A stretch of 64,000 nucleotides of DNA from Syntrophales bacterium (GCA_041648505.1 JBAZOY010000001.1:79540-143539); one strand, 5' to 3'. Counted from the first letter of the stretch, positions 25,529 to 35,008 are shown. Program-made: numbers and translations. Notes: generated by a model not told the origin, from the letters alone.

Positions 25529-26317
25529 ATGATTGATTACAGAAAGTTTACCATAGCTATCGCCAGGGAAGCGGGAACCGTGCTCAAACGGATGCTGAAC
25601 AACAAGCATACCACCTCTTACAAGGGCGAGATTGATATAGTAACTGAAGCAGACCGGCTATCTGAGGATTTGCTCATCGGGAGGATTTACGAGAGATTCC
25701 CTGACCATGATATCCTGGCGGAAGAGTCTAAAGGGACCGACAAAGGCTCGGACTTTCGCTGGATTATTGATCCGCTTGACGGGACAACAAATTACGCCCA
25801 TGGTTATCCTGTTTTCTGTGTATCCATTGCCTTAGAGAAGAAAGGTGAGATATGCCTCGGTGTCATCTACAATCCAATGCTGAATGAGATGTTTGTAGCA
25901 GAGAAGGGAAAAGGCGCTTTTTTGAACGGACGTAGGATTTCCGTTTCAGGTACTGCAGAACTTTCTAAAAGCCTGCTGGCAACCGGTTTTCCCTATGACA
26001 TCCGGGAGTCTGAAAACAATAACATCGCTTATTTTACTGCCATGGCCGTCAGCGCCCAGGCCATTCGCCGGGCCGGCTCGGCGGCTCTCGATCTGGCCTA
26101 TGTCGCCGCAGGCCGTTATGATGGATTCTGGGAACTTAAATTGAAGCCCTGGGACACGGCTGCCGCATGGCTCCTGCTTGTTGAAGCCGGCGGTGTGGTA
26201 ACAGATATTATGGGAAGGGACTTTTGCCTTTCATCTCCTCATATCCTTGCTTCCAATGGAAAGATACACCTGGATATGATGGAGGTCTTGAAAAAGACCG
26301 GCATTTATCATCAATGA
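25529..26317 (+). CDS. Inositol monophosphatase family protein (SuhB-like)
   Basis: EEs..., WIIDPLDGTTNYAHG and WDTAA motifs. Confidence 0.9.
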   Translation: MIDYRKFTIAIAREAGTVLKRMLNNKHTTSYKGEIDIVTEADRLSEDLLIGRIYERFPDHDILAEESKGTDKGSDFRWIIDPLDGTTNYAHGYPVFCVSIALEKKGEICLGVIYNPMLNEMFVAEKGKGAFLNGRRISVSGTAELSKSLLATGFPYDIRESENNNIAYFTAMAVSAQAIRRAGSAALDLAYVAAGRYDGFWELKLKPWDTAAAWLLLVEAGGVVTDIMGRDFCLSSPHILASNGKIHLDMMEVLKKTGIYHQ

Positions 26318-26384
26318 TAACCTTCATACTGGAAACCGGGATTAGGAATCAGAATAGAAATGATCCCGGCTCTTTACCTCCAGC

Positions 26385-27062
26385 TCATGAATAGTTACAA
26401 GCTCTTTTGTAGATTATTATTTTTCGGAGATCACCGGTAATAGGAAGTCTGAAATCATGGCATCCAACGCATTTCATTCCCAGTTCTTCGGAGATTGCAG
26501 CAGAATCCGTGAGTTCTTCTCCCCTGATGTTTGGTCCTTTCATCGCGATCAGGATGCCGTTACGGGAGAGGAAAAAAGCACCCATCGAGAGAAATTGGGG
26601 CAGTTTTAACGTAGCCCTTGAGATAACAACGTCGAAGGCGTGACGATAAATTTCTCTTTCCATTGCCCTCTCGGCTCGCTCATGTATAACCGTTGTTTCC
26701 TCAAGATTGAGGGTACGGATGATATGTTTGAGAAAGGATGCCTTCTTGCGGGATGATTCGAGAAGAAATATTTTCAGTGAATTAATTGCTATTTTTAGAG
26801 GGATCCCCGGAAATCCAGCACCTGTACCGATATCAAGGACTTTACCTTCCTTTTTTTCTATAAATGGAAATGGTGTTAAAGAATCACCAAAATGCTTGAT
26901 CGTTATTTCATCAGAAGACTTTACCGAAACCAGATTGATCTTTTTGTTCCAGAAAAGAAGCTCTCTGTGGTACAAAGAAAAGAGGTTTTTTTCCCTTTCC
27001 CCGAGAATAATCCCCATAGCGCCGGCAGCCTCGGTAAGAATGCGGGATAGATTTTGTTCCAT
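26385..27062 (-). CDS. rsmG: 16S rRNA (guanine527-N7)-methyltransferase
   Basis: VLDIGTGAGFPGIPLKI SAM motif. Length and overall pattern match GidB/RsmG. Confidence 0.88.
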   Translation of the reverse strand: MEQNLSRILTEAAGAMGIILGEREKNLFSLYHRELLFWNKKINLVSVKSSDEITIKHFGDSLTPFPFIEKKEGKVLDIGTGAGFPGIPLKIAINSLKIFLLESSRKKASFLKHIIRTLNLEETTVIHERAERAMEREIYRHAFDVVISRATLKLPQFLSMGAFFLSRNGILIAMKGPNIRGEELTDSAAISEELGMKCVGCHDFRLPITGDLRKIIIYKRACNYS

Positions 27063-27240
27063 AATAAGTTGATAATATCAGAACAGACCAGTCACGGGCA
27101 ATAAAAAAAGGGGAGAAGGCAATTATTGTTGGAGGAATCGGGATAGCGAAAATTGTGCATTAAGGAATCCAATCTTTGTCGTTGCTGAAGAAAGGATTTT
27201 AAAGAAAATTTATTCAAGAATTACTAAGGAGGTGTAAAAA

Positions 27241-28908
27241 GTGAACGAGGAACTTAAATCAACCGTGGAAAAATGGGAGCAAGAAAAGCTTATTCCCGCG
27301 CAAAAAAAGGTGCCTCCCCGGCAAGAGCGTTTTACCAACAGTTCTAATATAGAAGTTAAGCCCATCTACACTCCTGTGGATGTGACAGACTCGAATTATT
27401 TAGAAGACATAGGGCTCCCGGGAAGCTACCCCTATACAAGAGGAATCCAGCCCACCATGTATCGTGGCCGCCTCTGGTCTATCCGTCAGTATGCAGGCTT
27501 CGGTACACCGGAGGAGAGCAACCGCCGTTTTCGCTTTCTTTTAGAACAGGGACAGACGGGCTTGAGCATAGCTTTTGATCTTCCAACACAGATAGGCTTG
27601 GACTCCGACGACCCAATGGCAAGTGGTGAAGTAGGAAGAGTTGGAGTAGCCATTGATAATTTGCAAGACATGGAAACAATGTTTAAAGACATCCCGATGG
27701 ACAAAGTCAGTACTTCCATGACGATCAACGCCCCTACCGCCGTTATTCTGGCAATGTATGCGGCCGTGGCCAGACGACAGGGTGTGCCGTTATCAAAATT
27801 AAAAGGTACTTTACAAAACGACATCCTTAAAGAATATATCGCTCGCGGTACTTATATCTTCCCTCCTAAACCTTCTCTGCGTCTTATTGCTGATACCGCT
27901 ACATACTGCGTCAATGAGATGCCAAGTTTTAACTTTATAAACATCGGCGGCTATCATATTCGGGAGGCAGGAGCTAATGCTGTTCAGGAAGTAGGCTTTG
28001 CTTTTTCGAATGCCATCGCTTATGTGGAAACCTTAATTGCTGCCGGTCTGGACGTAGACCAGTTTGCACCCCGTATTTCATGGATTTTCAATACGCAGAA
28101 CAATTTCTTTGAAGAAGTCGCCAAGTATCGCGCTGCCAGACGGCTTTGGGCAAAGATAACGAGAGAAAGATTCGGCGCTAAAGATCCTCGTTCATGGATG
28201 TTCCGTACTCATGTCCAGGACGGTGGATCATCCCTTACCGCCCAGCAACCTCTCAATAACCTGATCAGGGGCACTATCCATGCACTAGCCACAGTAATGG
28301 GAGGGATTCAGTCCCTGGCTATCTGTTCCTATGATGAAGCGCTTGCTATTCCTACCAAGGAATCCGCTACACTCTCCGTACGCATTCAACAAATCATCGC
28401 CCATGAAAGCGGCGTGGCCGACACTATTGATCCTCTTGCCGGCTCTTACTACCTGGAATCTCTTACCAATAAGATGGAGGAAGAGATTGCGTCCTGTATT
28501 AAAAACGTTGATGAGATAGGTGGTGCGTTAACAGCCATCGAAAACGGCTATATGAGCAGCCAGATAGAGGAAAATGCCTATAGATACCAGAAAGATATAG
28601 AAAATGGTAAACAGATCATCGTAGGTTTAAATAAGTTCAGCACTGAGGAAGAGCAGCCGATAAAATTACAGCCGGTTGACTTTGCAGTTGAAAAGCAGCA
28701 GGTGGAGCGTCTGAAAAAGCTTAAAAGCGAGCGAGATAATCGGCGTGTAAATGAAGTTCTGGCCAACGTAAAAGAAAAAGCTCAAGGCAATGACAATATA
28801 ATGCCTGCTTTAATTGAAGCTGTAGAGGCGTATGCCACCCTAGGTGAGATATGCAATACTCTTCGGGATGTCTTTGGAGAATTTGCATCAGACACACCCA
28901 AAGGTTAG
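27241..28908 (+). CDS. Acyl-CoA (methylmalonyl/isobutyryl-type) mutase, large catalytic subunit only
   Basis: GTG start after a GGAGG RBS. PGSYPYTRGIQPTMYRGRLWSIRQYAGFG and TGLSIAFDLPTQ are mutase TIM-barrel signatures. No B12-binding domain is present in the protein or in an adjacent gene. Confidence 0.88.
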   Translation: MNEELKSTVEKWEQEKLIPAQKKVPPRQERFTNSSNIEVKPIYTPVDVTDSNYLEDIGLPGSYPYTRGIQPTMYRGRLWSIRQYAGFGTPEESNRRFRFLLEQGQTGLSIAFDLPTQIGLDSDDPMASGEVGRVGVAIDNLQDMETMFKDIPMDKVSTSMTINAPTAVILAMYAAVARRQGVPLSKLKGTLQNDILKEYIARGTYIFPPKPSLRLIADTATYCVNEMPSFNFINIGGYHIREAGANAVQEVGFAFSNAIAYVETLIAAGLDVDQFAPRISWIFNTQNNFFEEVAKYRAARRLWAKITRERFGAKDPRSWMFRTHVQDGGSSLTAQQPLNNLIRGTIHALATVMGGIQSLAICSYDEALAIPTKESATLSVRIQQIIAHESGVADTIDPLAGSYYLESLTNKMEEEIASCIKNVDEIGGALTAIENGYMSSQIEENAYRYQKDIENGKQIIVGLNKFSTEEEQPIKLQPVDFAVEKQQVERLKKLKSERDNRRVNEVLANVKEKAQGNDNIMPALIEAVEAYATLGEICNTLRDVFGEFASDTPKG

Positions 28909-28933
28909 TAATCTAAACTTGAATAAGATGATA

Positions 28934-29078
28934 GCTGAATTGAAAGACCTTTGCACAATAGCAAAAATTGGATTCAGAAAGCGTGAATTAAAGATTTTTC
29001 CGGCACCATGCCCTTACATTAAAGCGAAACATGCATGGTCAAAAAAGATTTTTGAACGCTTATGAATCCAATTTTCAA
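28934..29078. repeat. Family A repeat, compact full copy A4 (archetype)
   Basis: Terminal inverted repeats AAATTGGATTCAGAAAGC / GCTTATGAATCCAATTT, subterminal AAAGATTTTT motifs and a central ACCATGC...GCATGGT hairpin. Confidence 0.8.
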
Positions 29079-29128
29079 AAGGTCTCTGTCCTTCCTTCCC
29101 GATGCATTAAAGATTTTTGTGCCCCTTC

Positions 29129-31801
29129 TTAGCCCCAGTTCTTCCCTGAGGTCACATTTACCTCAATGGGTACCCGAAGATTAATTACTCCCTCCATCTC
29201 TTCCTTGACAAGCCCCATAACTTCTTCCTTTTCCGTCAAAGGAACCTCAAATACCAGCTCATCGTGGACCTGCATAATCATGCCGGCGGAAAGATTCTTC
29301 TCCGCAAAACGCCGCGAGATATTGAGCATGGCTATCTTGATAAGATCAGCCGCCGTTCCCTGGATTGGGGTATTGATGGCCATGCGCTCGGCGAACTGGC
29401 GTACGGAGACGCTGGGACTGTTTATTTCCGGAAGATACCGACGGCGGGCAAGAATCGTAGATACAAATCCGTCCTGTCTCGCCTTTTCCAGAATGCTATC
29501 CAGATAAGCCCTCACACCCCTGTATTTTTTAAAGTATCCATCTATATAAGCCTGCGCCATTTTCTGGGGCACCCCCAACTGCCGGGCTAAACCGAAAGCG
29601 CTCATTCCGTAAAGGATGCCAAAATTGATCACCTTGGCCTGCCGTCTCATATCCGCGTTGATCATCTCCGGGAATACTCCAAAGACCTGGGAAGCCGTTT
29701 TACTGTGGATGTCTTCACCAGCCAGGAAAGCATCTATGAGGGTCTTGTCTTCGGAAAGGTGTGCCAGAACACGGAGTTCAATCTGAGAATAATCGGCACA
29801 GACAATTTCCCTGCCTTCCTCCGCAATAAAGGCCTCTCTTATCCGTTTTCCCTCGAGGGTTCTTATGGGGATATTCTGCAAGTTCGGATTGCTGCTGGAA
29901 AGTCTTCCCGTAGCAGTAACCGTCTGATTATAGGAAGTATGAACTCTCCCTGTTTCCGGGTTGACCAGCAGAGGCAAGGCATCAATGTAAGTAGTTTTCA
30001 GCTTGGCCATGCTCCTGTAGGCAAGTATTTCTGCGGGAAGTTCATGGTTCCTGGCCAGAAAAGTAAGAACCTCCACATCGGTAGAATACCCCCCCTTGGT
30101 CTTTTTCCCTCTGGGAAGCCCAAGCTTGTCAAAAAGGATACTCTGGAGTTGTTTGGGTGAGGCGATATTAAATTCCTCACCTGCCAGCCGATAAATCTTT
30201 TCTTCAGAGAAGGACATCAGTTGTTCGATCTCTTCCGACATCGTCTTCAGCAGCGGAAGGTCCAGCAAAACCCCCTTTTTTTCCATCGAAGCCAGGACAG
30301 GAATAAGAGGCATCTCCACCCGGTAAAAGAGTTCATTAAAACCCTCCCGGTCAATCTTTTGTGAGAGAACACTGGACAGCCCGAAGATCGCATCCACCCG
30401 CCGACAGGCATAATCCTTCATCTCCTCCAAAGAAACGGAAGAAAAAGGGATTAACTTGGCCCCACTGCCGATTAAATCTTTGGTGGAGACAATCTGACAA
30501 TTGAGTTGATCCCTCACCACATCGGCTAAATCAAAACTGTGCCTCGTGGGGTTGAGGACATAAGAGGCCACCATCGTGTCACACCCGAGGCCTTTCAGAT
30601 CGACCCCCATTCCGGACAAAACAATCAGGATACTTTTCATGTCGTGGCCGTGTTTTTTGATCCCTTTATCGGAAAGAAAAGGAGTCAGAGCATCCAGTAC
30701 CTCGTCTTTCTTCAGATGAACCGGCGCCCCCGCGAAATCACAGGCAATAGGTATATACCACGCCTCTTTCTGCCCCGGGCAAATGGACAGGCCGACAATG
30801 CCAGCCCGCATCGATACGTCTGACGTAGTTATCATATCAAGGGAAAATTCTTCTACGCTCTTAAGCCTCTCTGTCAATGCCGTAAGCTCATCCATTTTCA
30901 GGATCAGACGGTACTCCCCTGTCACTTTATCTTCCCGGATATTCAACTCATCAAGCAGAGATGAAAACTCAAATTCCATAAACAGCTTTTTCAAAATCTC
31001 TCTGTCGGGAGCGGAATAACGGGAACTTTCCAGATCAAAATCTACACAGGCATCCAGTTTGATTGTAGCAAGCTCCTTGCTCAGCCTGGCCTGGTCGGCA
31101 AATCTTCGAATACTTTCCTTTACCTTTGGATTCCTCAGCCTATCCACATTTTCCAGAACCCCTTCCAGTGTCCCATATTCATTAATCAACTTCTGGGCAG
31201 TCTTCAGACCAACCCCCGGGATGCCGGGGATATTATCAGACGCATCTCCCATGAGACCCAAAATCTCCACCACCCTTTCAGGCTCGACCCCGAAGCGGAT
31301 TTTCACAGCCTCAATATCATAGGTCTTGTCTTTCATCGTATCAATCATGATAATATCGTCTGATAAGAGTTGCAGCATGTCTTTATCTCCCGAAACAATG
31401 ACAGTCTTCATCCCTGTTTCGGCATATCTCTTGGCGAGTGTCCCGATGATATCATCAGCCTCAATGCCCTCTTTTTCCAAAACAGGAATGGAAAATCCCC
31501 GGGCGACATCTTTGATGAATGGAATCTGAGAGACCAGTGCGTCCGGTGTGGCCTGCCGGGTAGCTTTGTACTGTTCGTAAGCTTCATGACGAAAGGTAGG
31601 ACCTTTAAGGTCAAAGACAATCGCGATAAAATCGGGCTTCCACTCCCGGAGAAGCCTTATCAGCATCATGGTAAACCCGTAGATGGCATTGGTGGGAAAT
31701 CCTTTGGAATTAGAAAGATTTTTGATTGCATAGAAAGCGCGATACATATAGTTACTGCCATCAATCAAGAATAACGTGGGTCTCTTAGTTTCCTCGGTCA
31801 T
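29129..31801 (-). CDS. polA: DNA polymerase I
   Basis: 890 aa with a 5'-nuclease domain (LFLIDGSNYMYRAFYA), a 3'-5' exonuclease-like domain and family A polymerase motifs (DYSQIELRVLAH, QVHDELVFE). Confidence 0.95.
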   Translation of the reverse strand: MTEETKRPTLFLIDGSNYMYRAFYAIKNLSNSKGFPTNAIYGFTMMLIRLLREWKPDFIAIVFDLKGPTFRHEAYEQYKATRQATPDALVSQIPFIKDVARGFSIPVLEKEGIEADDIIGTLAKRYAETGMKTVIVSGDKDMLQLLSDDIIMIDTMKDKTYDIEAVKIRFGVEPERVVEILGLMGDASDNIPGIPGVGLKTAQKLINEYGTLEGVLENVDRLRNPKVKESIRRFADQARLSKELATIKLDACVDFDLESSRYSAPDREILKKLFMEFEFSSLLDELNIREDKVTGEYRLILKMDELTALTERLKSVEEFSLDMITTSDVSMRAGIVGLSICPGQKEAWYIPIACDFAGAPVHLKKDEVLDALTPFLSDKGIKKHGHDMKSILIVLSGMGVDLKGLGCDTMVASYVLNPTRHSFDLADVVRDQLNCQIVSTKDLIGSGAKLIPFSSVSLEEMKDYACRRVDAIFGLSSVLSQKIDREGFNELFYRVEMPLIPVLASMEKKGVLLDLPLLKTMSEEIEQLMSFSEEKIYRLAGEEFNIASPKQLQSILFDKLGLPRGKKTKGGYSTDVEVLTFLARNHELPAEILAYRSMAKLKTTYIDALPLLVNPETGRVHTSYNQTVTATGRLSSSNPNLQNIPIRTLEGKRIREAFIAEEGREIVCADYSQIELRVLAHLSEDKTLIDAFLAGEDIHSKTASQVFGVFPEMINADMRRQAKVINFGILYGMSAFGLARQLGVPQKMAQAYIDGYFKKYRGVRAYLDSILEKARQDGFVSTILARRRYLPEINSPSVSVRQFAERMAINTPIQGTAADLIKIAMLNISRRFAEKNLSAGMIMQVHDELVFEVPLTEKEEVMGLVKEEMEGVINLRVPIEVNVTSGKNWG

Positions 31802-32113
31802 AAAATTTTCTTTCCTTAAAAGACTTCCAACAAAATCTGTTTCCTGTGTAAATTAAGGTTTTCCCGGTAATGATTGGAAGCGAAACGGAGGCAAATTGAA
31901 TGTTTGAACCTGAAAGGTAGGTTTTATATTATATAAAAAAATGGGCGAAATGGGCACTGCCCCCCATTTACCCTTACATTTCCCCTTACAGTCGTTACGC
32001 CTGAAAAAAGGTTAAGCCGCCTGAAAAAGTGGTAAGCTTCTTCAGGTCGGTCTTGAGCAGCTTGTCAGGCGAAATTTCATATGATCATAATCATATATGT
32101 TGAATGTCGATGA

Positions 32114-32473
32114 TCAGAAGCTACGGCCACCCCTTGATCCTCCTCTGCCACCACCACCGGAACCTCCTCTATTACCGCCTTGGCCTCCTCTGCCGCCACC
32201 ACCGTATCCTCCTCTACTACCGCCATTTTCGGTGCGAGGGCGAGCCTCATTCACGTTAAGCGCTCTTCCTTTTAGTTCTTTGCCATTTAGACCATCGATC
32301 GCAGCCTGTCCTTCATCTTTAGATGTCATCTCCACGAATCCAAATCCTTTTGATCGACCACTATACTTGTCTTTTATAATGGTGGCCGATTCAACCTGCC
32401 CAAATTGTTCTGAAGCCAGCCGTAAGTCCTCTTCGGTGACCTCGTACGACAAATTTCCCACATAAATCTTCAT
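32114..32473 (-). CDS. RRM-type RNA-binding protein with glycine/arginine-rich tail
   Basis: MKIYVGNLSY (RNP2), KGFGFVEM (RNP1) and a C-terminal GGSRGGYGGGGRGG tail. The start is set at the internal Met preceded by an AAGGAG RBS. Confidence 0.88.
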   Translation of the reverse strand: MKIYVGNLSYEVTEEDLRLASEQFGQVESATIIKDKYSGRSKGFGFVEMTSKDEGQAAIDGLNGKELKGRALNVNEARPRTENGGSRGGYGGGGRGGQGGNRGGSGGGGRGGSRGGRSF

Positions 32474-32723
32474 TCTAATCTCCTTTTGTAATAAATTATA
32501 AATCTTCACATAACCTAATAACAATTAGGCAGCCTGTATCAACCACAACACGGGAAAAACAGACTTTACCTTCCGTATAAATAAGCTGTACCTTTTGATA
32601 TTCATCACCTAACCATTTGGATTTTATATCACACCTTCTCTCGCTTCACAACTAACCACTTTTTATAAAGCTTGTATTCGACGACTTAAAGTTCGTCTAC
32701 GGGACTGCGTACACCATACCTCC

Positions 32724-32890
32724 TTATATTTTATTGAGTAGCTGGGTGTAAATCATTATCGTACTGACGTCCTCGTGATCCAATAACTCCTGGATTGTTC
32801 GGACGTCACAACCATTTTCGAGCAGATGTGCAGAAAAAAAATGGAAAAAGGCGTGCCGGGGCCAGTCAACCGGACAAAAATGAGCGTTAC
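32724..32890 (-). pseudogene. Remnant of a tyrosine recombinase/integrase (C-terminal ~55 codons only)
   Basis: My own minus-strand translation gives ...[45 protein letters not shown]. This matches the R-H...HLLE.G.D.RTIQELLGH.D..TTMIYTH catalytic C-terminus. There is no upstream reading frame. Confidence 0.7.
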
Positions 32891-32945
32891 CCTATTTCCC
32901 CCCTTGGAGTACCCGAGTGAAGCGCAATGTTGGACGATGTAAAGG

Positions 32946-33290
32946 TCAGCGACCGCCGCCATACCCCATGCCACCACCGGGCCCCATGCCGCCACCTCTG
33001 GCGGGTGGTTCGTCAGGCAAGGTAATGCCACGTGCTTTCGCTCGTTCTTTCATCTGCTCATGATGTTCCTTGCGGATTTGCTCTCGTTCCTCTGCGGTTT
33101 CCGCGGAGCGCATTTTAGCCCGATATTCGGCACGCTCCTGTTGCGTCATAAGCTGGCTGCCATAGATTTGCTTTTGCTCCTCTATTTGGGTCTTTTCTTG
33201 GACTGGTTCCTGATCAGCCGCCAACAGTAAGCCGGCGGATAAAGACAGGCCGGCAGTCAAGAGGGACACCATTAACAATCGTTTTATCAT
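32946..33290 (-). CDS. Small secreted charged protein, unknown function
   Basis: The start at the internal Met has a GGAGG RBS. Signal peptide MIKRLLMVSLLTAGLSLSAGLLLA, then a Glu/Lys/Arg-rich helical middle and a Gly/Met-rich tail. Confidence 0.65.
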   Translation of the reverse strand: MIKRLLMVSLLTAGLSLSAGLLLAADQEPVQEKTQIEEQKQIYGSQLMTQQERAEYRAKMRSAETAEEREQIRKEHHEQMKERAKARGITLPDEPPARGGGMGPGGGMGYGGGR

Positions 33291-33614
33291 TGTTACCTCC
33301 TTATGAATGTGGGTTGACCAATTCCGGGACAATAACCTCCGCAACACGTTCAGTAGTTACGCCTCACAATAATTATACAAGTCTGTATAAATCACAGACC
33401 CGGAAAAACAGGCTTTACCCTCCGTATAAACAAGTTTCGACTTTTAATATTATATTTTCCCCACCTATCCGTCCAGCTGAAACTTTTTGCATCCTCGGAT
33501 TGTCTAATATTAACTTTTGGAGTAATATTTGCTAAACTCTCATTGAAAAAGTCTCTCTTAAATTAAAAATGAATCTTTACACGAACAACTAAAAAAATCA
33601 AAAGGAGAATTCAA

Positions 33615-34247
33615 ATGCAGATGCTCAACGAAGTTATGTTAAACCGCAAGATAATAGCGATTAAACATACGACGGGACAGCGTTTATCGGGAACGGGTCT
33701 TTTACTTCTGCTTCTTTTAATGATCTTCGGAATAACCTCATGTTACTACCAGGCACCGCCTGTTAGGCTTTCCAAGCGGGCGATGGAGGTCCCAGTAAAA
33801 GCGCCTGCCTTTCAAATCTATTTCTACCCCAAGATGGGTCAGTCACCCGATCAGCAGGACCGTGACCGCTATGAATGCTATAATTGGGGGATGAAGCAGA
33901 CCGGTTTCGATCCGGGCTCACCTTCGATTCCTCCTGAACGTCGTGTTACCGTGGTTCCGGTACCACCGCCCGGGCATGATACGGCTGTAGGCGCAATTAC
34001 CGGAGCGGTAATTGGAGCGTTGGTTACAGGACCGAGCCACGCGGGTGAAGGTGCGCTGATTGGGGCAGCCGCTGGTGCTCTTGCAGGAGCTGTCTCCGAC
34101 ACTACACGGCAGGCACAAGCTAAGGAGTTAGGGGATGCCTACGCAAGGCAAGATCAGGAGAGCTACGCTCAGCTTGATGGAAAGGCACTTGAATTCCGGC
34201 GAGCGATGGCTGCCTGCCTGGAAGGTCGCGGTTATAGCGCCCGTTAA
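33615..34247 (+). CDS. Lipoprotein with glycine-zipper segment
   Basis: Lipobox MIFGITSC and a glycine zipper AVGAITGAVIGALVTG...GALIGAAAGALAGAV. It shares a split Cys-containing motif with the next gene. Confidence 0.7.
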   Translation: MQMLNEVMLNRKIIAIKHTTGQRLSGTGLLLLLLLMIFGITSCYYQAPPVRLSKRAMEVPVKAPAFQIYFYPKMGQSPDQQDRDRYECYNWGMKQTGFDPGSPSIPPERRVTVVPVPPPGHDTAVGAITGAVIGALVTGPSHAGEGALIGAAAGALAGAVSDTTRQAQAKELGDAYARQDQESYAQLDGKALEFRRAMAACLEGRGYSAR

Positions 34248-34283
34248 ATATTCTAACAGCTTTATTTTATGGAGGGAATAACC

Positions 34284-34985
34284 ATGAAAGTTTTTTTGAA
34301 ATGCATTACGTGGATAACTAGCGGGCTGATAATAGCTGTTTTATCAGGATTCCTATGGTTCGGGTTTCCCCAGGCGTCATATGCACAACACGATGATCGC
34401 CATGGAGAGAAACAGCATGGAAATGGGAACTTTATGGATTCACGATATGGTCATAATCATTATTACCCGTCTCACGGCAACTTCGTTACCGCATTACCAA
34501 AGAATCACCATGTCGTGGTTTATGGAGATGAGCGATATTATTTCCATGGTGGAATATGGTATCGCCCGAGTGGGTTGCGGTTTTCCATCATCGTGCCTCC
34601 CATAGGCGTTGTCGTTTCTTTTTTGCCGCCATATTACACGTCAATCTGGGTAAAGGGTTATCCTTACTATTATGCCGATGAAGTTTATTACGCTCCGGCT
34701 GTGGGCGGTTATATGGTGGTTGCTCCCCCGCAGGGTACAGTCAGCCGGATACCACCGCCGGCATCGTCGGCACCATCAGTAGAACGTTTGTTCATCTATC
34801 CCCGTAAAGGTCAGAGTGAGCAGCAACAGGCGGATGATCGTTACCAGTGTCACCGCTGGGCCGTGAATCAGACTAACTACGACCCGACCCAACCGCCTGC
34901 CGGTAATCCATCTGCCCAGAAGAATGCAGACTATCAACGTGCAATGGGCGCCTGTCTCGACGCCCGCGGGTATACAGTGAAGTAG
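34284..34985 (+). CDS. Secreted Tyr/Trp/His-rich protein, unknown function
   Basis: The start at the second Met has a GGAGGG RBS. Signal peptide ends ...PQASYA. The core is YY/WY-rich, and the C-terminal IYPRKGQSEQQQADDRYQCHRWA...YQRAMGACLDARGY motif is shared with 33615-34247. Confidence 0.65.
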   Translation: MKVFLKCITWITSGLIIAVLSGFLWFGFPQASYAQHDDRHGEKQHGNGNFMDSRYGHNHYYPSHGNFVTALPKNHHVVVYGDERYYFHGGIWYRPSGLRFSIIVPPIGVVVSFLPPYYTSIWVKGYPYYYADEVYYAPAVGGYMVVAPPQGTVSRIPPPASSAPSVERLFIYPRKGQSEQQQADDRYQCHRWAVNQTNYDPTQPPAGNPSAQKNADYQRAMGACLDARGYTVK

Positions 34986-35008
34986 TAGATGTGAAAACTT
35001 TGAATTTC

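Noticed and set aside
32097-32465. 122-aa proline-rich plus-strand ORF
   Set aside because: It is the antisense translation of the glycine-rich tail and RRM domain of the well-supported minus-strand RNA-binding protein gene.
32946-33614. Integron (intI plus attI/attC cassettes) interpretation of the integrase remnant
   Set aside because: The neighbouring genes are co-oriented with the remnant rather than divergent. No attC-like imperfect palindromes (R''-L''/L'-R') were seen. Only ~55 codons of the recombinase remain.
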